DNA of 24,000 bases from an uncultured Clostridiaceae bacterium (GTDB taxonomy: Bacteria > Bacillota > Clostridia > Clostridiales > Clostridiaceae). Positions 17,336 to 24,000 of the stretch are shown here, piece by piece; the stretch's first letter is position 1; each line of letters begins with the position of its first letter. The position numbers and the translations under genes are program-made. The notes beneath the pieces are model-generated. The model was not told where the DNA came from, ran no database searches, and worked only from the letters and a program-made list of their open reading frames with translations. The DNA lies in NCBI GenBank assembly GCA_946405135.1, contig CAMJGD010000007.1:61580-85579 (forward strand), written 5' to 3'.

Positions 17336-17366
17336 AGAGAACTGATAGAAATCAGTTCTCTGTTTT
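17336..17366 (+). terminator. Intra-operon hairpin, possible partial terminator or attenuator or mRNA stabiliser
   Basis: Perfect 11-bp stem AGAGAACTGAT / ATCAGTTCTCT with an AGAA loop, followed by GTTTT. It sits 12 nt after the EIIC stop and 16 nt before the peptidase ATG. Confidence 0.5.
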
Positions 17367-17381
17367 ATAAGGAGAAAAATT

Positions 17382-18452
17382 ATGCAATTTGTTAAAAGAA
17401 TTGAGAAATTAATAGATGAATATATGGTAAATAGGATTGATGGTATTCTTATATCTAGCCCTGAAAATAAGTTCTATTTAGGAGGATTATACAGTAGTTC
17501 TGGATATACTTTAATAACGAAGTTAAATAAGTATATAATTGTAGATTATAGATATTTTGAAGAAGTTAAAGGCAGGGAAGATTTATTTCAAATTAAATTA
17601 CTTTCTGAAAAAACTACTTTGATAGATATTCTGAATAGTATAATCAGAACAGAAAATTTAAGTTGTTTAGGTTTTGAAGGAAAAGAAATTTCCTATGATT
17701 TTTATAAATGTCTTAAAGAAAATCTTAATTGTGCATTAACATCAGTTGATTTATCTGATATTAGAGCTATTAAAGATGGAGATGAAATAAAGAATATCAA
17801 GATAGCTTGCAATATTGCAGATAAGGCTTTTTATCACATAACTAAATTTATAAAGTTAGGTATGAAGGAAAAAGATATAGAAAATGAACTGGTTAGATTT
17901 ATTAAAGAAGAGGGAGGACAGAAGGAATCATTTGATATTATTGTGGCTTCAGGCATAAGAGGAGCACTGCCCCATGGAAAAGCAAGTAATAAGAGGATTA
18001 ATAAAGGGGAGTTCATCACTCTAGATTTTGGTGTTAGATATAAAAATTATTGTTCTGATATAACTAGAACTTTAGCTTTGGGACAATGCTCAAGTGAGCT
18101 TCTAAAAATATATGAAGTGGTAAAAATTGCTGGAGAAGAAGCAATAAAGCTTGCAAAGCCTAATGTAAGATTAGGAGAACTTGACGATATAGCTAGAAAA
18201 GTTATTAAGGATTCAGGCTATGGAGATTATTTTAGACATAATTTGGGACACGGATTAGGAATTTTAGTACATGAATATCCTTCAGTAGCACCAGGTGCTA
18301 ATGAAAAGTTAAAAGAAGGAATGGTAATAACTATTGAACCGGGTATATATATATCAAAACTTGGAGGAGTAAGAATAGAAGAGGATATATTAATAACCGA
18401 CCATGGTTGCAAAAAACTTACTAAAAGTACAAGAGATTTAATAATAATATAG
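17382..18452 (+). CDS. M24B-family Xaa-Pro peptidase (PepP/PepQ/YpdF-like)
   Basis: 356 aa. Creatinase-like N-domain plus pita-bread metal ligand motifs (DFGVRYKNYCSDITRT, HNLGHGLGILVHEYP, ITIEPGIY, VRIEEDILIT). Confidence 0.85.
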   Translation: MQFVKRIEKLIDEYMVNRIDGILISSPENKFYLGGLYSSSGYTLITKLNKYIIVDYRYFEEVKGREDLFQIKLLSEKTTLIDILNSIIRTENLSCLGFEGKEISYDFYKCLKENLNCALTSVDLSDIRAIKDGDEIKNIKIACNIADKAFYHITKFIKLGMKEKDIENELVRFIKEEGGQKESFDIIVASGIRGALPHGKASNKRINKGEFITLDFGVRYKNYCSDITRTLALGQCSSELLKIYEVVKIAGEEAIKLAKPNVRLGELDDIARKVIKDSGYGDYFRHNLGHGLGILVHEYPSVAPGANEKLKEGMVITIEPGIYISKLGGVRIEEDILITDHGCKKLTKSTRDLIII

Positions 18453-18463
18453 GAGCAGATAAA

Positions 18464-19642
18464 ATGTATAATTTTAATGAAAAACCAGATAGGATAAGTG
18501 AAAAGTGCAGGAAATGGGATAAAAAAATCATAGAAGAAAATTTTGGTGAAGTGCCTCAGGATTTTATACCTATGTGGATTGCTGATATGGATTTTAAAGT
18601 ACCTAAGGAAATAGAAGAATCTTTTTGCGAAGTGGTATCTAGAGGTGTATTTGGTTATACTTATTGTTACGATGAATTTTATAAAGCAGTTATAGACTGG
18701 CAATACAGTATGCATCAAGCAAAGGTAGAAAAAGAATGGATAACTTTATCCTACGGTACAGTATCTACTATTCATTATATTATCCAGTCATTTTGTAAAA
18801 GTGGAGATTACGTGATAATGAATACCCCAGTATATGATCCTTTTGACGCAGCAGCTAGTAGGCAAGGAGTAAATAGAATATATAATACATTAGCTATAAA
18901 AGATGGTAGATATTATATTGATTTTGAAAATTTAAAAAATCAATTAATGGAATTCAAACCTAAATTATATTTATTTTGCTCACCTCATAATCCTTCAGGA
19001 AGAGTGTGGAGTATAGAAGAGTTAGCTAAAGTTTCAAGGATTTGCAAAGAAAATGGTACTATATTGGTGGTAGATGAGGTTCATGCTGAGCATATACATT
19101 ATGAAAATTTTACTTCGATCCTTAACATTAAAGATTACAAGGATAATATAATATTGCTTACTTCTCCTAATAAAGCGTTTAATCTTGGAGGATTAAAAAC
19201 GTCATATTCAATTATAGCTAATGAGAAGATAAGAAATATCTTCAGAGATAAACTTAAGCAGAATTCTATAACTTCTCCTAATGTTTTTGGTATAATAGGG
19301 CTAATAACAGCTTACAATGAAGGAAGAATTTGGATTAAAGAAGTAAGCTCATATGTGAAAGGTAATTATGAGCTTTTAGAGGGTTATATAAAAAACAATA
19401 TTCCAAAATTAAAAATTATGAAAATGGAAGCTTCCTACTTAGCTTGGGTAGATATTAGGGATACAAAAATGTCTTCTGAGGATATAACAAATTATCTATC
19501 TTCCAAGGCAGGGGTATTAGTAGAAAGTGGTACACATTTTGTAAAAGATGGAGAAGGATATATTAGGATTAATTTAGGTACTCAGAGAGAAAATGTTTTA
19601 GAAGCTCTTAAGAGAATTGATAAAGCTTTAAATATCAAGTAA
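18464..19642 (+). CDS. PLP-dependent C-S lyase / aminotransferase class I-II, MalY/PatB family
   Basis: 392 aa. MalY/PatB-like N-terminus (KWDKK...IPMWIADMDFKVP), CSPHNPSGRVW, and the PLP-lysine motif SPNKAFNLGGLK. Confidence 0.85.
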   Translation: MYNFNEKPDRISEKCRKWDKKIIEENFGEVPQDFIPMWIADMDFKVPKEIEESFCEVVSRGVFGYTYCYDEFYKAVIDWQYSMHQAKVEKEWITLSYGTVSTIHYIIQSFCKSGDYVIMNTPVYDPFDAAASRQGVNRIYNTLAIKDGRYYIDFENLKNQLMEFKPKLYLFCSPHNPSGRVWSIEELAKVSRICKENGTILVVDEVHAEHIHYENFTSILNIKDYKDNIILLTSPNKAFNLGGLKTSYSIIANEKIRNIFRDKLKQNSITSPNVFGIIGLITAYNEGRIWIKEVSSYVKGNYELLEGYIKNNIPKLKIMKMEASYLAWVDIRDTKMSSEDITNYLSSKAGVLVESGTHFVKDGEGYIRINLGTQRENVLEALKRIDKALNIK

Positions 19643-19666
19643 CTTAGAATTTTATTTTCATAGATG

Positions 19667-19710
19667 AAGCTGAATAATCGGTACGATATCTGATTGTTCA
19701 GCTTTTTTTT
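19667..19710 (+). terminator. Intrinsic terminator ending the PTS-peptidase-lyase operon
   Basis: 13-bp stem AAGCTGAATAATC / GATTGTTCAGCTT with one G-U pair, followed by T8. Confidence 0.8.
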
Positions 19711-19780
19711 ACTTTAATTTCTTCCAAAATATTTACTCGATACTATGTGCATTTTGGCTATTATTCATATATTACAAAAC

Positions 19781-19828
19781 AATATTTCAACATTTTATTT
19801 TATTTTTAAAATAAAATGTTGAAATATT
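19781..19828. promoter_or_regulatory. Perfect 21-bp inverted repeat (6-nt spacer), candidate MurR/RpiR operator
   Basis: AATATTTCAACATTTTATTTT-ATTTTT-AAAATAAAATGTTGAAATATT. The right arm contains the -35 hexamer of the murP promoter. Confidence 0.6.
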
Positions 19829-19846
19829 ATTTTAAAGGTATATAAT
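19819..19846 (+). promoter_or_regulatory. Candidate sigmaA promoter of murP-mupG-murQ
   Basis: -35 TTGAAA (19819-19824), a 16-nt spacer, then consensus -10 TATAAT (19841-19846). Confidence 0.55.
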
Positions 19847-19936
19847 AAGGATAAAGGGAGTAAATAAAGCTTTTAAAAAAAGTTTTATTTAGGCTCAGTT
19901 AAATCTGTAGCTTAAAAATAAAATGGAGGGGATATT

Positions 19937-21292
19937 ATGGCAAATTCAAACATTACTCCGGAAGTCCTTGCTAATCAGATTATAAAAAATTTGGGCGGCA
20001 AAGATAACTTAGCATCTGTGGCTTATTGTATGACAAGACTTAGAGTTGTTGCTCATGATAATGAAAAGGTTAACAAAAAGGCCATCAAAGAAACAGAAGG
20101 AGTTCTTGGTCTTGTTGAACAGGATGATCAGCTTCAAATAATTTTAGGACCAGGAAGAGTTACAAAGGTTGCTCAAGAGGTAGCTAAAATTACAGGATTA
20201 AGTCTTGGTGAAGTGGATGAAGCAGAAATTAGAAAGGCAGAAATTAAAGCTAAAAATGACACTTCATTTAAAAGATTACTTAAAAAAATATCCAATGTAT
20301 TTATACCATTAATTCCCGCATTTATAGCTTGTGGTCTTGTTATGGGAATTAATAACATGATAGTTAAAGCAAACCCTGATTTTGCGAAGAGCTTAACAGG
20401 AGGAATATTCGGAATCATAGGTAGTGCAGTATTTTATGGTTTAAATCTTTTTGTAGGTGTTAATGCAGCTAAAGAATTTGGCGGTTCACCAATGCTTGGT
20501 GGTACAATGGCAGCAATTATTACAATGCCAGCTCTTGCAAACATAACTATGAGTGGAAAACCACTTGTACCAGGAAGAGGCGGAGTAATAGCAGTTCTTC
20601 TTGTAGTAGCATTTTCAAGCTGGCTTGAAAATAAGATAAGAAAGATAATACCAGAAGTTCTTGATCTATTTATAACACCACTTTTAACTGTTTTAATTTC
20701 TGGCTTTGTTGCAATTTTTGTACTTCAACCTTTGGGAGGACTTATTTCAGATTCAATAGGAAGTGCAGTTAAAGTTGCAATCAAAGACGGTGGAGGATTT
20801 ACTGGATTTATTCTTGGAGGAACATTCCTTCCACTAGTTATGACTGGATTACATCAAGGATTAACTCCAATTCATGCAGATCTTTTAAAGACTACAGGTG
20901 AAAACCTTCTTCTTCCTATACTTGCTATGGCAGGAGCAGGACAAGTTGGAGCATCTATTGCGGTACTTGCTAAGACAAAGAATAAGAGACTTAAAAAGAC
21001 AATAGCATCAGCTCTTCCAGTTGGAATATTAGGAGTTGGAGAGCCACTTATATATGGTGTAACTCTTCCTCTTGGAAAACCATTCATCGGAGCATGTATA
21101 GGAGGAGCTTTTGGTGGAGCATTTAATGCGGCAATGAAGGTTGCATGTTTAAGTATGGGACTTTCAGGACTTCCCTTGGCAGCACTTATAAAACCAGGTA
21201 AGATAGGTTACTACCTTATAGGTGTTCTTGTTGCTTATGTAGCAGGATTTATAGCAACCTATATAATGGGATTTGAAGACCCAGTTGAATGA
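19937..21292 (+). CDS. murP: PTS EIIBC component, N-acetylmuramic acid-specific (MurP-like, glucose superfamily)
   Basis: 451 aa. N-terminal EIIB-Glc Cys motif AYCMTRLRV followed by a polytopic EIIC. The specificity call rests on context with mupG, murQ and murR. GGAGGGG RBS. Confidence 0.8.
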   Translation: MANSNITPEVLANQIIKNLGGKDNLASVAYCMTRLRVVAHDNEKVNKKAIKETEGVLGLVEQDDQLQIILGPGRVTKVAQEVAKITGLSLGEVDEAEIRKAEIKAKNDTSFKRLLKKISNVFIPLIPAFIACGLVMGINNMIVKANPDFAKSLTGGIFGIIGSAVFYGLNLFVGVNAAKEFGGSPMLGGTMAAIITMPALANITMSGKPLVPGRGGVIAVLLVVAFSSWLENKIRKIIPEVLDLFITPLLTVLISGFVAIFVLQPLGGLISDSIGSAVKVAIKDGGGFTGFILGGTFLPLVMTGLHQGLTPIHADLLKTTGENLLLPILAMAGAGQVGASIAVLAKTKNKRLKKTIASALPVGILGVGEPLIYGVTLPLGKPFIGACIGGAFGGAFNAAMKVACLSMGLSGLPLAALIKPGKIGYYLIGVLVAYVAGFIATYIMGFEDPVE

Positions 21293-21298
21293 TGACAA

Positions 21299-21332
21299 AA
21301 AAGGAGAATTGGGGAATTCCCAGTCTCCTTTT
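21299..21332 (+). terminator. Hairpin after murP, possible leaky terminator or processing site
   Basis: AAAAGGAGA ... TCTCCTTTT 9-bp outer stem with an inner GGGAATTCCC palindrome. The tail TTTTAACTTT is only partly T-rich. The next gene starts 36 nt later, so read-through must occur. Confidence 0.45.
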
Positions 21333-21367
21333 AACTTTAATTACAATAAATAAAGTAGGTGATTTTT

Positions 21368-22447
21368 ATGTCTAAAGGAATATCTGTTTATTTAGGGCTT
21401 GGTCAAAGCATTGAAGAAAATTTAGATTATATTGATAAAGCTAGTAAATATGGTTTTGATAATATTTTTACATCCCTTCATATTCCAGAGGCAGATTACA
21501 GCAAGCTTATAAGTGAATTTAATGCAATAGTTGAATATTCCAATAGTAAAGGGATGAAGATTACTGCGGATGTATCTCCAAGAACCTATAAATATTTAGG
21601 CGGAGAGGAAAATGACTTTAAATTATTAAAAGAACTTGGAATCTCTTGTGTCAGGGTAGATTTTGGTTTTTCTCCCCGTGAAATTGCGGAATTTACTAAG
21701 AATCCTTATGGCATAAAAATAGAGATAAATGGAAGTACAGTTACAGAAAAGTTTCTAAAAGAATTTGAACAGTATGAACCTAACTATGAGAATATACAGG
21801 CATGTCATAATTATTATCCGAGAAAGAATACAGGAATTTCTTTAAAAACCTTTCAATATAAAAATGAGCTTTTAAGAAAGTATGGAATGAAAATTTCAGC
21901 GTTTATTCCTTCAATTACTAATAGAAGAGGACCTGTTTTTGAAGGGCTTCCTACACTTGAAATTCACAGGAATATGAATTCAGTAGTTTCTGCAAAACAT
22001 TTATTTGCCTTAGGCATTGATAATGTAATATTTGGTGATCCATTTGTGGATGAAGAAATACTTCAAGTAGTTGGAAAGATGGATGAACAGATTATAAATT
22101 TTAGAATAGATATTTACACTGAGAATGAAATAGAAAAGAAAATAATATTCAAGAAAGTTCACATAGAAAGACCGGATCAGGCAGAGGATGTTATAAGATC
22201 TACTTCCTCAAGAGAAGAACTAGATAAAGATTCAGTTATAAATCCACATAACAATGTTGACAGAGCAAAAGGATTTATAACTATTGACAATAAAGATTAT
22301 CTTAGGTATGCAGGGGAGCTAGAAATATGTAAAAAATGTCTTCCTGCAGATAAAAGAGTAAATGTAGTAGGAAAAATAGTTGATGAAGAAATATTTTTAA
22401 TGGACTATATAAAAGAAGAAGGAAAATTTAGTTTTGAAGCATATTAA
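21368..22447 (+). CDS. mupG: DUF871-family protein, 6-phospho-N-acetylmuramidase MupG-like
   Basis: About 359 aa. DUF871-like N-terminus (GISVYLG...YGFDNIFTSLHIPE) and position between murP and murQ, as in the Firmicute MurNAc-GlcNAc recycling operon. I prefer ATG 21368, 6 nt after AGGTGA, over GTG 21359. Confidence 0.75.
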   Translation: MSKGISVYLGLGQSIEENLDYIDKASKYGFDNIFTSLHIPEADYSKLISEFNAIVEYSNSKGMKITADVSPRTYKYLGGEENDFKLLKELGISCVRVDFGFSPREIAEFTKNPYGIKIEINGSTVTEKFLKEFEQYEPNYENIQACHNYYPRKNTGISLKTFQYKNELLRKYGMKISAFIPSITNRRGPVFEGLPTLEIHRNMNSVVSAKHLFALGIDNVIFGDPFVDEEILQVVGKMDEQIINFRIDIYTENEIEKKIIFKKVHIERPDQAEDVIRSTSSREELDKDSVINPHNNVDRAKGFITIDNKDYLRYAGELEICKKCLPADKRVNVVGKIVDEEIFLMDYIKEEGKFSFEAY

Positions 22448-22468
22448 TATTTGCAGGAGGTAATTAAG

Positions 22469-23389
22469 ATGAACTTAGAAAAGCTTTCACAATTAGTTAC
22501 TGAAGGAAGAAATCCAGATAGTTTAAATTTAGATAAGTTAGAGACAGTGGATATGTTAAGACTTATCAACAATGAAGACAAAAAAGTAGCTTTTGCTGTG
22601 GAAAAGTCTTTAGAGGATATTGCAAAAGCTGTTGATGTAATAGCAGAAAATATTAAAAATGGCGGAAGACTTATTTATATGGGAGCAGGTACCAGCGGAA
22701 GGCTTGGAATAGTTGACGCTTCAGAATGTCCTCCTACCTTTGGAGTAGATGCAGAGCTTATACAGGGAATGATCGCAGGAGGACATGGTGCTATTTTTAA
22801 AGCAGTAGAAGGTGCAGAGGATAGTGCTGAACTTGGTGAAAAGGATCTTATGGATAAAAATTTAAAATCTTTTGATGTTGTATGTGGAATTGCAGCTTCA
22901 GGCAGAACACCTTATGTATTAGGTGGAATGAGATATGCAAAAGAGATTGGATGTCCTACTATTTCTGTAACTATGAACCCTGATTCTGAGATGGCAAAAG
23001 TTGCGGATTATCCTATAAGTGTGGTAGTAGGGCCAGAAGTTTTAATGGGCTCCACTAGAATGAAAGCAGGTACAGCACAAAAAATGGTTTTAAATATGCT
23101 TACTACAGGTACTATGGTTAAGCTTGGAAAAGTATACAGCAATCTTATGGTAGATGTTAAGGCAAGCAATGAAAAGCTTGTGGCAAGGGCAAAAAGAATA
23201 GTTATGCTTGCTACAGGTGTAGATGAAAGTATTGCTGCTGAATATTTAAATGAAACAAATTTTGATGTAAAATTAAGCATATTCATGATAATATCTAGAT
23301 TAAGTAAAGACAAGGCAAAGGATATATTAGATAAAAACCATGGATATATTCAAAAGGCACTTGATTATTTACAAGAAGAAAATCAATAG
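22469..23389 (+). CDS. murQ: N-acetylmuramic acid 6-phosphate etherase
   Basis: SIS-domain etherase with LVTEGRN near the N-terminus, [11 protein letters not shown] and ECPPTFG. I prefer ATG 22469, 8 nt after AGGAGG, over TTG 22451. Confidence 0.9.
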   Translation: MNLEKLSQLVTEGRNPDSLNLDKLETVDMLRLINNEDKKVAFAVEKSLEDIAKAVDVIAENIKNGGRLIYMGAGTSGRLGIVDASECPPTFGVDAELIQGMIAGGHGAIFKAVEGAEDSAELGEKDLMDKNLKSFDVVCGIAASGRTPYVLGGMRYAKEIGCPTISVTMNPDSEMAKVADYPISVVVGPEVLMGSTRMKAGTAQKMVLNMLTTGTMVKLGKVYSNLMVDVKASNEKLVARAKRIVMLATGVDESIAAEYLNETNFDVKLSIFMIISRLSKDKAKDILDKNHGYIQKALDYLQEENQ

Positions 23390-23399
23390 GTTATTTAAT

Positions 23400-23442
23400 A
23401 CATACTGGGTTTAATTAAATTATTTTACCAGTATGTTTTTTT
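23400..23442 (+). terminator. Intrinsic terminator after murQ
   Basis: 9-bp stem ACATACTGG / CCAGTATGT followed by T7. Confidence 0.7.
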
Positions 23443-23472
23443 AGCATTTTAGCTTCACTAACAAATACTTTC

Positions 23473-23481
23473 TGATAAAAT
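23473..23481 (+). promoter_or_regulatory. Candidate extended -10 promoter (TGaTAAAAT) for the RpiR/MurR gene
   Basis: TG-N-TAAAAT lies 44 nt upstream of ATG 23525. A 15-bp palindrome AATTAAG-A-CTTAATT follows at 23485-23499. Confidence 0.35.
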
Positions 23482-23524
23482 ATAAATTAAGACTTAATTA
23501 AAATCAAATATTGGAGTGGATACT

Positions 23525-24000
23525 ATGGCTGGAACGATTTTAAAGATAAAAGAAATGTCAGGAAGCTTTAACCCTACTGAAAAAAGAATAGCAAACTACA
23601 TACTCGAAAATCCGGGGAGTATACTTCACATTACTATAAAAGATTTGGCAGAAAATTGCGGAGTAAGCCAATCTGCAATAGTAAGGTTTTGCAAGCAGCT
23701 ACAGTTTAATGGTTTTAAGGATTTTAAAATTGATATAGCTTCTGATGTTCTTAATTTCCAAAGGGATAATGAGGAAGAAGATAGATATACTGACATAAAG
23801 CCAGGAGATGATCTAAAATCAATTATTGAAAATGTATGTATTAATAATAAAAAATCTATTGATGATACTTTAAGTGTACTTGATTATAATGAAGTTAAGA
23901 GAGCAGTGGATGCAGTACATAAGGCAAAAAGAATTGATTTTTATGGTGTTGGTGCATCTTGGATTGTAGCTTTAGATGCAATGCAAAAATTTATGAGGAT
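23525..24000 (+). CDS. murR: RpiR/MurR family transcriptional regulator (HTH_6 + SIS), 3' end truncated by the window
   Basis: N-terminal RpiR HTH (FNPTEKRIANYILENPGSILHITIKDLAENCGVSQSAIVRFCKQLQFNGFKDFK). The SIS domain begins at FYGVGASWIVA. The reading frame is still open at 24000. Confidence 0.8.
   Translation, partial: MAGTILKIKEMSGSFNPTEKRIANYILENPGSILHITIKDLAENCGVSQSAIVRFCKQLQFNGFKDFKIDIASDVLNFQRDNEEEDRYTDIKPGDDLKSIIENVCINNKKSIDDTLSVLDYNEVKRAVDAVHKAKRIDFYGVGASWIVALDAMQKFMR

Noticed and set aside
18227-18718. A 163-aa antisense ORF spanning the M24 peptidase / PatB junction.
   Set aside because: It lies antisense to two CDSs with clear family motifs. Its product is Phe/Ile/Lys-rich, as expected from antisense reading of AT-rich coding sequence, and it has no RBS.
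9078-21332. The shared GGAATTCC core in two hairpins (9078-9105 and 21299-21332), considered as a possible dispersed repeat or REP-like element.
   Set aside because: Only the 8-bp palindromic core is shared and the flanking stems differ completely. Both are adequately explained as independent terminator hairpins.
3281-22468. N-terminally extended starts given by the ORF track: TTG 3281, ATG 5606, ATG 11184, GTG 21359 and TTG 22451.
   Set aside because: In each case a downstream ATG sits 5-9 nt after a strong GGAGG-type RBS that would lie inside the extended ORF, and the extension adds no conserved-looking residues. I used the shorter models.
542-23313. The other short - strand ORFs in the six-frame track: 542-754, 5342-5536, 8475-8699, 11741-11977, 12536-12829, 13053-13298, 13371-13610, 17834-18019, 20173-20418, 20872-21087 and 23008-23313.
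   Set aside because: Each lies antisense inside, or partly across the ends of, well-supported + strand genes. All are 61-101 aa with low-complexity hydrophobic translations and no ribosome-binding sites.
1-24000. A search for mobile elements, CRISPR arrays, tRNA/rRNA, and integrase or transposase genes that would mark an island boundary around the orphan operon.
   Set aside because: I recognised none: no repeat-spacer periodicity, no terminal inverted repeats flanking 4265-9105, and no recombinase motifs in any frame. Island status of the TerB cluster therefore cannot be supported from this window alone.

Overview
This is an AT-rich chromosomal window that looks like a Clostridium-type Firmicute. 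I see 23 supported protein genes, all on the + strand except one. I found no rRNA, tRNA, CRISPR array, transposase or integrase.

Gene order:
(1) 154-4264: a sugar or polyol module with an AraC regulator, a ROK regulator, a Zn-dependent sorbitol/iditol-type dehydrogenase and a PfkB fructokinase.
(2) 4565-7517: an unannotatable cluster. A 157-aa orphan is followed by three translationally coupled genes: a TerB-like protein, a Gly/Ala-rich glycine-zipper membrane protein with a coiled-coil tail, and a 465-aa orphan with a coiled coil, a TM segment and a His/Asp-rich motif. A strong terminator closes the cluster. This is my best candidate for an undescribed system, most likely a membrane-acting stress or defence module.
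(3) 7695-9070: a PHP phosphoesterase and a DUF2628-like membrane protein.
(4) 9147-11588: a stand-alone AsrC/DsrA-like sulfite/nitrite reductase on the - strand, divergent from a LysR regulator, followed by a double zinc-ribbon protein.
(5) 11793-19642: PepV dipeptidase, a PRD/HTH PTS regulator, fructose-family EIIA, EIIB and EIIC, an M24 Xaa-Pro peptidase and a PatB/MalY C-S lyase. This may be a PTS locus for a sugar-conjugated amino acid or peptide.
(6) 19937-24000: the MurNAc recycling operon murP-mupG-murQ plus a partial murR, with a perfect 21-bp inverted repeat over its promoter.

All functional calls come from motifs and architectures I recognise in the translations. No database search was possible, so family names are expert recall rather than search results.
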